From NCBI GenBank assembly GCA_050010755.1, contig JBEKKK010000001.1, positions 736,001 to 800,000 of the forward strand: 64,000 nt of DNA, given 5' to 3'. This document shows positions 1 to 9,315 of this stretch, one piece after another. The position numbers and the translations under genes were made by a program. The notes under the pieces were generated by a model. The model made no database searches. It was not told the DNA's origin and saw only the letters and a program-made list of their open reading frames with translations. Source of the stretch: Candidatus Bathyarchaeia archaeon. Lineage in GTDB: Archaea; Thermoproteota; Bathyarchaeia; Bathyarchaeales; Bathycorpusculaceae. Numbering within the stretch: position 1 is the first letter of the stretch; each line of letters starts with the position of its first letter.

Positions 1-1
1 A

Positions 2-373
2 TCCGCACGGAGGGAAATCGAAACCCTAACAGGCCTATCCGACCTTGATTCAGCCATAAAAGCCATGCACAGCCAGGGCCCCAGAATAGTCATCGTCACT
101 CTAGGACAGGAAGGCGCCTTGGTCTCCCTCGAAAACACTATCCATAGAGTCCCAGCCTACAAACCTGAAAAATTCGTCGATCCAACCGGAGCCGGAGACG
201 CCTTCATCGGCGCCTTCTTAGCAGAATACGCCCGAGGCGAAGACTGCGCCTGGTGCTCACAAGTAGGTTCTGCAGCAGCCTCGCTAGTCGTTGAAGCAAT
301 CGGTCCCACATCATTCGGCGACAAAGAGGAAATCTATCGAAGAGCGCACACTCTTGCTGAAAAAAGAAACTAG
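2..373 (+). CDS. PfkB/ribokinase-family carbohydrate kinase, 5'-truncated by window edge
   Basis: VTLGQEGA and DPTGAGDAFIGAF PfkB signature; frame is open upstream of the ATG at 65. Confidence 0.9.
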   Translation, partial: SARREIETLTGLSDLDSAIKAMHSQGPRIVIVTLGQEGALVSLENTIHRVPAYKPEKFVDPTGAGDAFIGAFLAEYARGEDCAWCSQVGSAAASLVVEAIGPTSFGDKEEIYRRAHTLAEKRN

Positions 374-430
374 GACATAGCGCGCGAGAGCGCAGGTTCA
401 ATGAACCCATGGGCGACAAGCCTGCCTGAC

Positions 431-518
431 TTCATATTTGGATCATATTTGGATCATATCGTTGACCGAGGGGGGAGGCCGTTGGCGCACACATATCGGA
501 ATTCGGCGAGTCTTGAAA
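431..518 (+). repeat. 88-bp repeat, inverted copy of the terminase-operon leader at 51830-51917
   Basis: 84/88 identity by manual alignment; contains CATATTTGGAT x2 + CATATC, GAGGGGGGAGG and a TTG start. Confidence 0.95.
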
Positions 519-776
519 AGTTAGAAACCGAATTCAAGAATGCCCATGCGCTCATAGTAGCCTGCGAAAGAAAGAGATTTCAACCATACAAATCAAAAAG
601 AGAATACTTAGAGCCCCCATCGGGGAAACGGCTAGATTCGTAGTGCGAAAAGCAGGAAGGTTTGGTATCTCTCCATACGTTCGGAATTCGAGTTCAGGAT
701 TTTCTTTCGGAAAAGAAGATTAAGGAATGACGCGTATGTACGTTTCGAACATCGGATTAAAGCTGAGGCGTTAAGT

Positions 777-983
777 GTGGGACGTATTGACAAGGGAGCG
801 AAGTGCAGCGTGTCGGGCTGCGCCGGAGAAGCAGTTCGTTCACTCTCAGGTGAAAAGGTAAGAGCGGCTGGTCTCAAAGTGGGCAACGAGAAGCGGGCTT
901 ACCTCTGCAAAGAACATTACAAAGAGTACAAGAAGAAGACAAAGAAAGATAAGCAGCTTGAGAAATGGCGCTACAGCGTGTAG
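777..983 (+). CDS. small basic Zn-finger protein (CxxxxC...CxxH) upstream of thrS
   Basis: CSVSGC and CKEH ligands, Lys-rich tail, 21 bp before thrS. Confidence 0.75.
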   Translation: MGRIDKGAKCSVSGCAGEAVRSLSGEKVRAAGLKVGNEKRAYLCKEHYKEYKKKTKKDKQLEKWRYSV

Positions 984-1004
984 AATCAGGAGGCACATGT
1001 ACAA

Positions 1005-2873
1005 ATGCGGATATTGCAGTTGCACTCAGACTTCATCGCGTATAAACCGGTGAAGAAGGAAGTTGCCAATGCTGAGGAAGCCGAAAAGAAAGAGGTTCGA
1101 TTAGAAGAAGTGGTTGTCCTGTTCACGGCAGTGGAGGAAGCCGACGACAGTACAGTAGCCCAGAGAGCCATAGACGAGATTCAGACTTTCCTTTCAAAAC
1201 AGAAGATAAACCGTATCCTGATTTATCCCTACGCACACTTGAGTAGCGATCTGGCTAAGCCGGCAGAGGCCTTGAAAACTGTAAAGGCCATGGAAGCCTA
1301 CGCCAAGAAGAAGGGCATAGAAACTTTCCGCGCACCCTTCGGTTGGAACAAGCAGTTCACTATTTCCATAAAAGGGCACCCTCTCGCTGAGCAGTCCCGC
1401 GTAATATTGCCCACAAAAGCTGAGAAGAAGGAAGAAGAAAAGATTTCCGAAGCAGCCAAAGCTGAAGAAAAACTCAAATCGTTCTGGTACATTCTTCAGC
1501 CGGACGGAAAACTCGTTCCAGTCGAAGACTTCAAATTCAAAGGCCATGAAAATCTGGAGAAATTTTCAAAATATGAAATATCCAAGGTTCGCGCAAGCCA
1601 GCAGATGCCTCCCCACGTGACATTGATGAAAAGACTGGAAATCGCAGACTACGAACTCGGAAGTGACCCAGGCAACATCCGCTGGTACCCCAAAGGACGG
1701 CTTGTCAAATCTCTGCTCGAACAGTTTGTAACCGCGAAGATGAACGAGTACGGCGCCATGGAAGTTGAGACTCCAGTCATGTATGATTTTCAACATCCCA
1801 GCCTCGCAGACTACCTGAATCGTTTTCCCGCAAGGCAATACCTACTCAAGTCGGAAGATAAAGAACTGTTCTTGCGTTTCGCCGCTTGCTTCGGACAGTT
1901 TTTGATGGTTCACGACGCCCAGTTCTCATACAAACAAATGCCAATGAAAGTCTACGAGTTGACCCGCTACAGTTTCAGAAGGGAAAAAAGCGGAGAACTC
2001 GTTGGCTTAAAACGTTTGAGAGCTTTCAGCATGCCCGACTGCCACGCCTTTTGCACGGACTTGGAGCAGGCAAAAGAAGAGTACGCGACAAGGTTCAACC
2101 TCTGCATAAAAATCCTAGAGGAAATAGGTCTGTCCGAAAAGGACTATGAAATTGCAGTGCGATTCACTAAAGACTTCTACGAGCAAAACAAGGAGTTCAT
2201 CGCCTCATTAGCAAAAATGGCTGGCAGACCGGTTCTGGCTGAAATGTGGAATGAACGCTTCTTCTACTATGTGCTCAAATGGGATTTCAACTTCGTCGAT
2301 AATCAGGACAAGGCTGCAGCGCTTTCAACAGACCAGCTTGACGTTGAAAACGCAGAAAGATACGACATAAACTACACCGACGAAAAAGGCCAAAAAATCC
2401 ACCCCTTAATTCTACACTGCTCCCCGAGCGGGGCAATCGAAAGAGATGTGTACGCGCTGCTCGAAAAAGCCTACAAGGAACAACAACGCGGCAAATCACC
2501 AATGCTTCCGCTGTGGCTCTCGCCCACCCAAGTTCGCATAATCCCAATATCGGACAGTTTCCTGAAAGACGTTGAAAAGATGGCTGAAAAAATTGAAACG
2601 CACTGCATACGAGTTGACATCGACGATAGAGCACTGACCCTGCAGAAAAAGATACGAGAAGCCGAGATGGAGTGGGTCCCCTACATAATCGTAGTAGGAA
2701 AAAGAGAAATCGACTCAGGCACGATTCCAGTAAGGGACAGAATAGCTGGGAAAGTACAAAGCATGAAGCTGGAGCAGTTGATGAAGGAAATCGAAAAAGC
2801 AACCCTTAACAAACCCTTCAAAGCGCTTCCATTGCCAAAATACTTATCAAAAAGACCGCAATTCCACGGCTAG
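1005..2873 (+). CDS. thrS: threonyl-tRNA synthetase, archaeal type
   Basis: archaeal N-terminal editing domain (MRILQLHSDF, IYPYAHLS, APFGW), LRFAACFG, FRREKSGE, HCSPSGAIER, anticodon-binding domain. Confidence 0.97.
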   Translation: MRILQLHSDFIAYKPVKKEVANAEEAEKKEVRLEEVVVLFTAVEEADDSTVAQRAIDEIQTFLSKQKINRILIYPYAHLSSDLAKPAEALKTVKAMEAYAKKKGIETFRAPFGWNKQFTISIKGHPLAEQSRVILPTKAEKKEEEKISEAAKAEEKLKSFWYILQPDGKLVPVEDFKFKGHENLEKFSKYEISKVRASQQMPPHVTLMKRLEIADYELGSDPGNIRWYPKGRLVKSLLEQFVTAKMNEYGAMEVETPVMYDFQHPSLADYLNRFPARQYLLKSEDKELFLRFAACFGQFLMVHDAQFSYKQMPMKVYELTRYSFRREKSGELVGLKRLRAFSMPDCHAFCTDLEQAKEEYATRFNLCIKILEEIGLSEKDYEIAVRFTKDFYEQNKEFIASLAKMAGRPVLAEMWNERFFYYVLKWDFNFVDNQDKAAALSTDQLDVENAERYDINYTDEKGQKIHPLILHCSPSGAIERDVYALLEKAYKEQQRGKSPMLPLWLSPTQVRIIPISDSFLKDVEKMAEKIETHCIRVDIDDRALTLQKKIREAEMEWVPYIIVVGKREIDSGTIPVRDRIAGKVQSMKLEQLMKEIEKATLNKPFKALPLPKYLSKRPQFHG

Positions 2874-2934
2874 CAAAGACAAGACCAGTTTTTTAATCCA
2901 AGGGCGCTCCTAAGCGACGTGCGGATCGATAGAC

Positions 2935-4146
2935 TCAATCATGCCCCTTGACCTTCATAAATGCCTCAACTTTGTCAAGGGCTTCCTCAAGCGTTTCAAG
3001 CGGCGGAAGAATCACGCCTCTTACGTGGCCAGAACCGTATTCGGGGTCAAACCCTGAGCCGTGCACGAAAAGAACGCCTGTCTCTTTCAGAAGGTCCAGC
3101 ACGAATTCGAAGTCTGTTTTCCATTTTGAGCCCACGGCGTCGATCTTGGGGAAAACGTAGAATGCGGCTTCTGGTCTTGCGCAGCTCATGCCATGGATTT
3201 CATTCAGTCTTTTCCAAGCGTATTCACTTCTTTGTCGGAGCTTTTCAACAGTGACTTTAATGTGGTCTTGCGGGCCATTCAAGGCAGCTACTCCCGCCTT
3301 CTGAACTGGCGTGTTTGCGCAAAGCCTTATCCTTGCTTCTTTTTCTATACACTGCTTAAACTCTTGTAGCTGTCCCTTCTGACAGCAGAAGTACATGTAG
3401 CCGAGTCTCCAGCCGGTCATGAGGTATGCTTTGGAGAAGCCGTTCAGCCCTATAATTGGAACATCATTGGCGATGTGCGCTGTGCTGACAGACCTTTTGT
3501 TGAAGACCAACTGATCATAGATTTCGTCTGACAAGACCGGGACATCGTATTCTGCGGCCATGTCTAGAATCTGTTTGATGACCTTTTCCTCATAAAGGGC
3601 ACCGCAAGGGTTGTTGGGGTTGATAATCACTATTCCGCGCGTTTTGTCTGATATTTTACTTCTGAGATCGTCGATGTCTGGTTGCCAGCCGTTTTCTTCG
3701 ACCGTTTTGTAGGTTACTGGTTTTCCGTTGAAGAATTTGGTGTAGGAAATGTAGGGTGGATATGTCGGTCCTGGAAGGAGGATTTCATCCCCTGGATCGA
3801 TGAGGGCTGCCATTGTCATTTGAATACCCTCTGAAATTCCCGAAGTGACAATAACATCTTCGGCTGAGACATCAACACCGTTGACCCTTTTCTCCTTGCT
3901 GCTGATTGCTTCTCTGAGCTCGGGCAATCCTTCTGAAGGAGAGTAACCGTTGGATCCCCCTTCGACAGCTTTCACAAGGGCCTGCTTGATGTGCTGCGGA
4001 GTGTCAAAATCAAAAGCGTTAGGATCTCCTATATTCAAATAGTAAATCTTCTTCCCAGTCTTCGCAATCTGTCTCGCCGGAATCACGACATCACGTATCG
4101 CATATTCAATGGTTTGCACCCTTTCAGTGGTCTTTACGTTGGTCAA
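2935..4146 (-). CDS. PLP-dependent aminotransferase class I/II (alanine aminotransferase-like)
   Basis: LNIGDP, INPNNPCG, SDEIYD, FSKAYLMTGWRLG. Confidence 0.92.
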   Translation of the reverse strand: MTNVKTTERVQTIEYAIRDVVIPARQIAKTGKKIYYLNIGDPNAFDFDTPQHIKQALVKAVEGGSNGYSPSEGLPELREAISSKEKRVNGVDVSAEDVIVTSGISEGIQMTMAALIDPGDEILLPGPTYPPYISYTKFFNGKPVTYKTVEENGWQPDIDDLRSKISDKTRGIVIINPNNPCGALYEEKVIKQILDMAAEYDVPVLSDEIYDQLVFNKRSVSTAHIANDVPIIGLNGFSKAYLMTGWRLGYMYFCCQKGQLQEFKQCIEKEARIRLCANTPVQKAGVAALNGPQDHIKVTVEKLRQRSEYAWKRLNEIHGMSCARPEAAFYVFPKIDAVGSKWKTDFEFVLDLLKETGVLFVHGSGFDPEYGSGHVRGVILPPLETLEEALDKVEAFMKVKGHD

Positions 4147-4216
4147 GGTTCATCCTCTTCTTTAGCAAGGGTTTATCCGAAAATGAAATAAAGATTGCGG
4201 AAAGCCTGCTAGACTT

Positions 4217-5938
4217 TCAATGACCAGTCAGCACATAATCTAGTAATGTTAGGGATAGAGGAACAGTTAATGTTAGGGATGCTTGGAACCCGTCAGCCGT
4301 CTGAACGATGACCGTCACATTCTGGTCGGCGTAGGGGCTCCAGTTCCATGGACAGGTAATTGTCTGGTTGGTTCCTGCGGCAAGTTGGTATTGTGGGCTG
4401 ATCTGCGGGTACGTTATCGTTCCGTCAATTGTCTGGTTTCCGTTTTCAGTTTGTACGAATATTTGTGTAATGCTTGCATTTGTTTCGGAGAACGGGCTGT
4501 TAGTGACTGTGACGTTAATGTATGGAATTCCAGGCGGGCTTGAGAATGAAACGTTGATTATTTCGTAGTATGTCACGTTTGCTAGGAAAGGTAGAACCAG
4601 AGAGCCGTTCTCGTAGGTTGCGTAAGCTGTTATGTTCACTTGGTGTCCAACATAGGCGGACCAGTCGAATGCACAAACGAAGACTGCTTGCTCTCCTATT
4701 GCAACCGACGGTTGGCTTATGTTGATTTCGTTATTGTTGAGATAGATCTGTGTAACGTTGATATTATCAAGCGAAATCTGTGTAACATTGATACTATCAA
4801 GCGAATATGGCAGGTTTGTCACGGTCACATTGAAATGTCCAGTGTCGGCTAAATCAAATTCTGCTTGATCCACCTGCGCCGCAACCTCATCTGGAGTTGT
4901 GTACGTAACTGTCTGGGAAGCGAAACCTTGGCTGGTGAAGGCCGTTACACTAATGGTCATGTTGCGGTAGCTTTCACTGCTCCAGTTCCAAACACAGTCG
5001 AGCGTGACGCTCGTATTCACGTCGAGAGTAAAAGGAAGTATTGGGCTTGAAAGTGTCCCATTAATCACGTCGGTGCTGTTGGTGCCGTATGCGATCGTGA
5101 TGTCTGTTACGTTGACGGATAGCGTCGAACTTGGTGAGTTGAGAAGCGTGACGTTGATGCGGTCCGAATTTGCCTCGTTAAACTGAAGATCGGTAATCAT
5201 CAAAGTTGTAGAAGCGTTGACCTGTTCAATGACCTCAGCATCGTATCCTTCTTGTGTTTGAACCACCACGTCGGGGTTGACGTGACTGTGCCAATCGAAG
5301 AAACACGTGAATTGTGTGCTGTTGCCAATGCCGAGAGTTTTCGGAAGAGTTATGCTCAAATCTGAAATGTCGGTGCCATCGATTGTAACGCCAGTTAAGG
5401 TCAGGTTTATGGCCGAACTTGCATTGTTTTGAACGATCATAAGAAAAGACTCCACGGTTTGCGAAGGGACGAAAAATGCGGAGGCGGTCAACTGAACGAA
5501 CGAAGGTTGAACCGTGAACGTTGCGCCAATACCGGTCTGGGGTGTAACGGTTACCGTGAGATTTTCTCCAGCATAAGCCCCCCAATTGAGGTTACACTGA
5601 ATGCTTACGGACGCTCCGATATTGAGAAAAACGGGCAGGGCCGGATCCGAGTTTGTCACGTTTAGCACGTTGGTTCCGTTAGGAGTTGTGAGGGAGACGC
5701 TGGTAATATTCGTTCCAGATGATGAATAAGACGGGTTAAGAACCGTCACCACGAAGTAATCTGCATGATACAAAGGAAAATTGACACTCGTAATCGACAG
5801 ATTCACATTAGTAGGAGTTGAGTAGAAAGGCGCTATAGCCCACATGTAAGAAATAAAGCCGCCTAGAATTGCTGCGGCAAGAATCAACAATATAGTGAGG
5901 AGGGTTGAAACCGCTCTGAAATCCTTTTGTAACCGCAA
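4217..5938 (-). CDS. surface protein with class III (pilin/archaellin-like) signal peptide and repeated Ig-like beta domains
   Basis: KDFRA|VSTLLTILLILAAAILGG N-terminus; about five repeats ending CxxxW...VxVxTxxG; many NxS/T sequons. Confidence 0.7.
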   Translation of the reverse strand: MRLQKDFRAVSTLLTILLILAAAILGGFISYMWAIAPFYSTPTNVNLSITSVNFPLYHADYFVVTVLNPSYSSSGTNITSVSLTTPNGTNVLNVTNSDPALPVFLNIGASVSIQCNLNWGAYAGENLTVTVTPQTGIGATFTVQPSFVQLTASAFFVPSQTVESFLMIVQNNASSAINLTLTGVTIDGTDISDLSITLPKTLGIGNSTQFTCFFDWHSHVNPDVVVQTQEGYDAEVIEQVNASTTLMITDLQFNEANSDRINVTLLNSPSSTLSVNVTDITIAYGTNSTDVINGTLSSPILPFTLDVNTSVTLDCVWNWSSESYRNMTISVTAFTSQGFASQTVTYTTPDEVAAQVDQAEFDLADTGHFNVTVTNLPYSLDSINVTQISLDNINVTQIYLNNNEINISQPSVAIGEQAVFVCAFDWSAYVGHQVNITAYATYENGSLVLPFLANVTYYEIINVSFSSPPGIPYINVTVTNSPFSETNASITQIFVQTENGNQTIDGTITYPQISPQYQLAAGTNQTITCPWNWSPYADQNVTVIVQTADGFQASLTLTVPLSLTLLDYVLTGH

Positions 5939-6076
5939 ATCTTATCCTCCAATTTTCAGCAATGGTGTAAATCATATTTCTCGGAAGTAGATAAGCGTTC
6001 TCTTGCAATATGAACTTCAATCAGTATGGAGGGCTAAGTTTAAATCTTATCCGATTTCATAATTGGCCCTCAAGTT

Positions 6077-7375
6077 TTGGGATGCAGCATGGCAGATTAC
6101 GACGTAGTCACAGTGGGCGCGGGAATCATTGGGTTGGCAACGGCGTATCACCTGAAAAGCCGCAACCCCAACCAGAAAATCTTGGTCGTTGACAAGAGAG
6201 GAGCCGCCGGCCAGGGCAGCACTGCGAAGAGCGCGGCCGCATTTCGCTGTCTCTTTGCCTCTCGAACAAACTTTGCCCTAGCAGACTCATCTGCAGAATT
6301 CTACAGACACGTCCAGACCGATCTGCACGTGGATTTGAAGCTGCGGTGGGCGGGCTACTTGTGGTTCTTTGACGAGGAAGGCTACCGCAGAATGCTCCCC
6401 GTCCTGAAAGAACTGGCGGCCAAAGGGTTCCAGTACAAGGAATACGATGAAGCTGAATTGGCCAGAAAGCTTGAGATGAAAACAAGCTTAAGTGATGACG
6501 AAGAAGCAAAAATGATGGGTTTGGGAAATGTTCATAAGGGAATACTGATTCCCAAGGCGGGGTTAATCGACGTTGACTCCCTCGTGAAGTTTTACGAATC
6601 AGAGTTCCTGAAACTTGGGGGAAAGATTCTGTACAACACCGAAGTGAAGGAACTCATTGTGGAACCCCGTCAGCCACTCGGAATGCCTGGTGAACCGTAC
6701 TTCTGGCAGGACGCATCCGTTACTGGAGTTAAGACTAGTAGAGGCGTAGTTAAGGCAGACAAGACGATAATTGCGACGGGGGCCTGGGCTTCACAGTTGC
6801 TGGACCCTGTTGGAATTGAATGTTTCATCAAGCCCAAGAAGCGGCAGATCTTCTCGATTAAAGCAGGAACCGAAGGGTTGAAAAAACTGTTGCTATCGAA
6901 GGAGTTCACAAACGCCGGATGCTTGCCGTTCACGATTCTTCCTAAACCCACAGCTTATATCCGGCCCGCTCCGGAAGAGAATGCCCTGTGGCTGGCTTAT
7001 GCTGACGAGTTTCCAAGAGCTTTCAAGATTGAGGAAGAACCTGAGGCGGAAGAGAACTACTACCGGTACGGCCTGTATCAAGTCATGGTAAAATACTTCC
7101 CACAGTTCACGGACTGCCAACCCTTCTCATCCTTCGCCGGATTGTACGAAATAAACAGCATCGACGGTCAACCCATAATCTTCGAAGAAAACGGCGTAAT
7201 GCTCGCCGGTGGAGCGAGCGGAAGCGGCATACTGAAGGCCGACTCAATCGGAAGAATAGCGGCAGCGCTCTGCCAAGGCGAAGAATACGCTCTACTGTAT
7301 GGGGATAGAAAATTCCGAGTAAGCGACTTAGGTTTGAAAAAGAGAAGTGTAGAACCGGAAAGACTGGTAATATAG
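6077..7375 (+). CDS. FAD-dependent oxidoreductase, DAO/sarcosine oxidase beta/proline dehydrogenase family
   Basis: VGAGIIG Rossmann motif, GSTAKSAA, IIATGAW; likely start at MADYD. Confidence 0.88.
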   Translation: MGCSMADYDVVTVGAGIIGLATAYHLKSRNPNQKILVVDKRGAAGQGSTAKSAAAFRCLFASRTNFALADSSAEFYRHVQTDLHVDLKLRWAGYLWFFDEEGYRRMLPVLKELAAKGFQYKEYDEAELARKLEMKTSLSDDEEAKMMGLGNVHKGILIPKAGLIDVDSLVKFYESEFLKLGGKILYNTEVKELIVEPRQPLGMPGEPYFWQDASVTGVKTSRGVVKADKTIIATGAWASQLLDPVGIECFIKPKKRQIFSIKAGTEGLKKLLLSKEFTNAGCLPFTILPKPTAYIRPAPEENALWLAYADEFPRAFKIEEEPEAEENYYRYGLYQVMVKYFPQFTDCQPFSSFAGLYEINSIDGQPIIFEENGVMLAGGASGSGILKADSIGRIAAALCQGEEYALLYGDRKFRVSDLGLKKRSVEPERLVI

Positions 7376-7448
7376 TTTCGGGCACAAGTAGATTTATTTA
7401 CTTTCGGATAGAAGTAACTACATACTGATTTTAGGGTCGGTTATCAAC

Positions 7449-9278
7449 ATGGCAGGATGGACTGGAAAATTCTTACGCGTAAATCTAGGCAAAGGCAAGG
7501 CAGTGATAGAAGCGTACGGGTCAAGCATGGCCCGCGACTTTCTGGGCGGTCGAGGATTCGCAGTCAAAATTCTCTGGGATGAACTCAGACGCGGAATCGA
7601 TCCGCTCTCGCCTGAAAACAAACTTGTATTCGCTGCTGGCCCGTTGACAGGTTTTTCCCTGCCAAGTAGCGGCAAACTCGTCGTGGCCTCCAAAAGTCCG
7701 CTAACCGGTGGCTACGGAGACGGAAACATCGGCACCCTTGCCGCCGTGCAGATGCGAAAGGCAGGCTATGACGCGGTTATCATCGAGGGCAGAGCGAAGA
7801 AGCCGATGATCTTGGTTGTTCGAGACGGGTCAACGGAGTTTCTTGAGACAAAAGATTTGTGGGAGTTGAACTCATTTGAAACTCAGAAGAGACTGAGCAG
7901 CCTTTACGGACGTACAGCTGGCATTCTCTGCATCGGCCAGGCTGGAGAGAATCTTGTCAAATACGCGACAATTGTTTCCCAAGAAGGCCGTTCGGGCGGC
8001 CGACCCGGCATGGGAGCCGTTATGGGTTCTAAAGTATTGAAAGCAGTTGTTTTCATAGGCTCATATGATTTGCAGGCAGCCTATCCCAAAGAAATGCAGG
8101 AACTGGGCGCCGAGGCTTACCGAGAAGTGTTGACGAGGCCCAACTATGCTTTCTGGAAGAGGCAGGGCACGATGAGCACGATAGAATGGAGTCAAGAAAA
8201 CGCTGTTCTCCCCACTTGCAACTATAAAGAAGGCGTTTTCGACATGGCAGCTGCCATCGGCGGTTTTGCTATGGAAAAAATCAAGGTTTCAAACCGAGGT
8301 TGTCCACAGTGCAACATGACCTGCGGCAACATCGTGAAGGATTCGGACAGAAAGGAATCAGAGCTTGACTACGAAAACGTTGCGATGCTCGGTTCAAACA
8401 TCGGACTGGGCGACCTGAAACAGGTTGCAGCCCTGAACAGGGTTGCCGACGAGTACGGCTTAGACACTATCTCTCTTGGAAATGTTCTCGGCTTCGCTAT
8501 GGAGGCCTCTGAAAAAGGATTGATTGACCAGAGCGTTCCTTGGGGCGGGTTTAAGACGACCAAGGCGCTGATAAAAGATATCGCCTACAGGAAAGGGCCG
8601 CTGGGCGACGCACTCGCTGAGGGCGTCCGCTCTGCATCGGAAGCTGTGGGCGGAGGCTCAGATCACTGGGCCATGCACGTGAAAGGACTGGAGATTTCAG
8701 CCTACGACTGCCATGCTGCACCAGCCATGGCCTTGGCGTACGGGACCTGTTCCATCGGTGCTCATCACAAAGACGCGTGGGCGATTTCCTGGGAGGTCAA
8801 AGTCGGTCGAGAAGGCTATAACGCTCAGAAGGTGGACAAGGTCATTGAGCTACAGCGCATTCGCGGCGGGGTCTTCGAATGTCTCACCGTCTGTCGGCTT
8901 CCGTGGATTGAGGTAGGATTAGAACTGGAATGGTACACGAGGCTTCTGCGCGCAGCAACAGGCATGGAAATGTCTTGGGATGAACTGAACACTGTTGCAG
9001 ACAGAGTTTTCAACCTGACGCGGGCTTTTTGGATAAGGGAGTACGGTAACAAGTGGGGCAGCCACATGGACGTTCCCCCTGCTCGATGGTTCGAAGATCC
9101 GCTCACTAAGGGTGCATTCAAAGGCAGAACACTCGACAGAACCAAGTACGACAACATGCTGCAAATGTACTATAGAAAGAGAGGCTGGGACGAAAGAGGC
9201 GTGCCTAGAAAATCCACCCTGAAAAGCCTCGGACTGGATAATATTTCAGGCCAGCTCGGGGTGAAACTGACAAAGTAG
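7449..9278 (+). CDS. tungsten aldehyde:ferredoxin oxidoreductase family (AOR/FOR-like)
   Basis: SKSPLTGG, GRPGMGAVMGSK, CPQCNMTC 4Fe-4S ligands, DEYGLDTIS, YYRKRGWD. Confidence 0.95.
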   Translation: MAGWTGKFLRVNLGKGKAVIEAYGSSMARDFLGGRGFAVKILWDELRRGIDPLSPENKLVFAAGPLTGFSLPSSGKLVVASKSPLTGGYGDGNIGTLAAVQMRKAGYDAVIIEGRAKKPMILVVRDGSTEFLETKDLWELNSFETQKRLSSLYGRTAGILCIGQAGENLVKYATIVSQEGRSGGRPGMGAVMGSKVLKAVVFIGSYDLQAAYPKEMQELGAEAYREVLTRPNYAFWKRQGTMSTIEWSQENAVLPTCNYKEGVFDMAAAIGGFAMEKIKVSNRGCPQCNMTCGNIVKDSDRKESELDYENVAMLGSNIGLGDLKQVAALNRVADEYGLDTISLGNVLGFAMEASEKGLIDQSVPWGGFKTTKALIKDIAYRKGPLGDALAEGVRSASEAVGGGSDHWAMHVKGLEISAYDCHAAPAMALAYGTCSIGAHHKDAWAISWEVKVGREGYNAQKVDKVIELQRIRGGVFECLTVCRLPWIEVGLELEWYTRLLRAATGMEMSWDELNTVADRVFNLTRAFWIREYGNKWGSHMDVPPARWFEDPLTKGAFKGRTLDRTKYDNMLQMYYRKRGWDERGVPRKSTLKSLGLDNISGQLGVKLTK

Positions 9279-9315
9279 ACGGGCTACAGCTTTCCTAAAA
9301 CGGGCGGAACTCCTC

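Noticed and set aside
401-643. 80-aa ORF sharing FIFGSYLDHIVDRGGR with 51561-51938
   Set aside because: The shared peptide is a translation of the non-coding repeat upstream of the probable SD/TTG start; treated as a repeat, not a gene.
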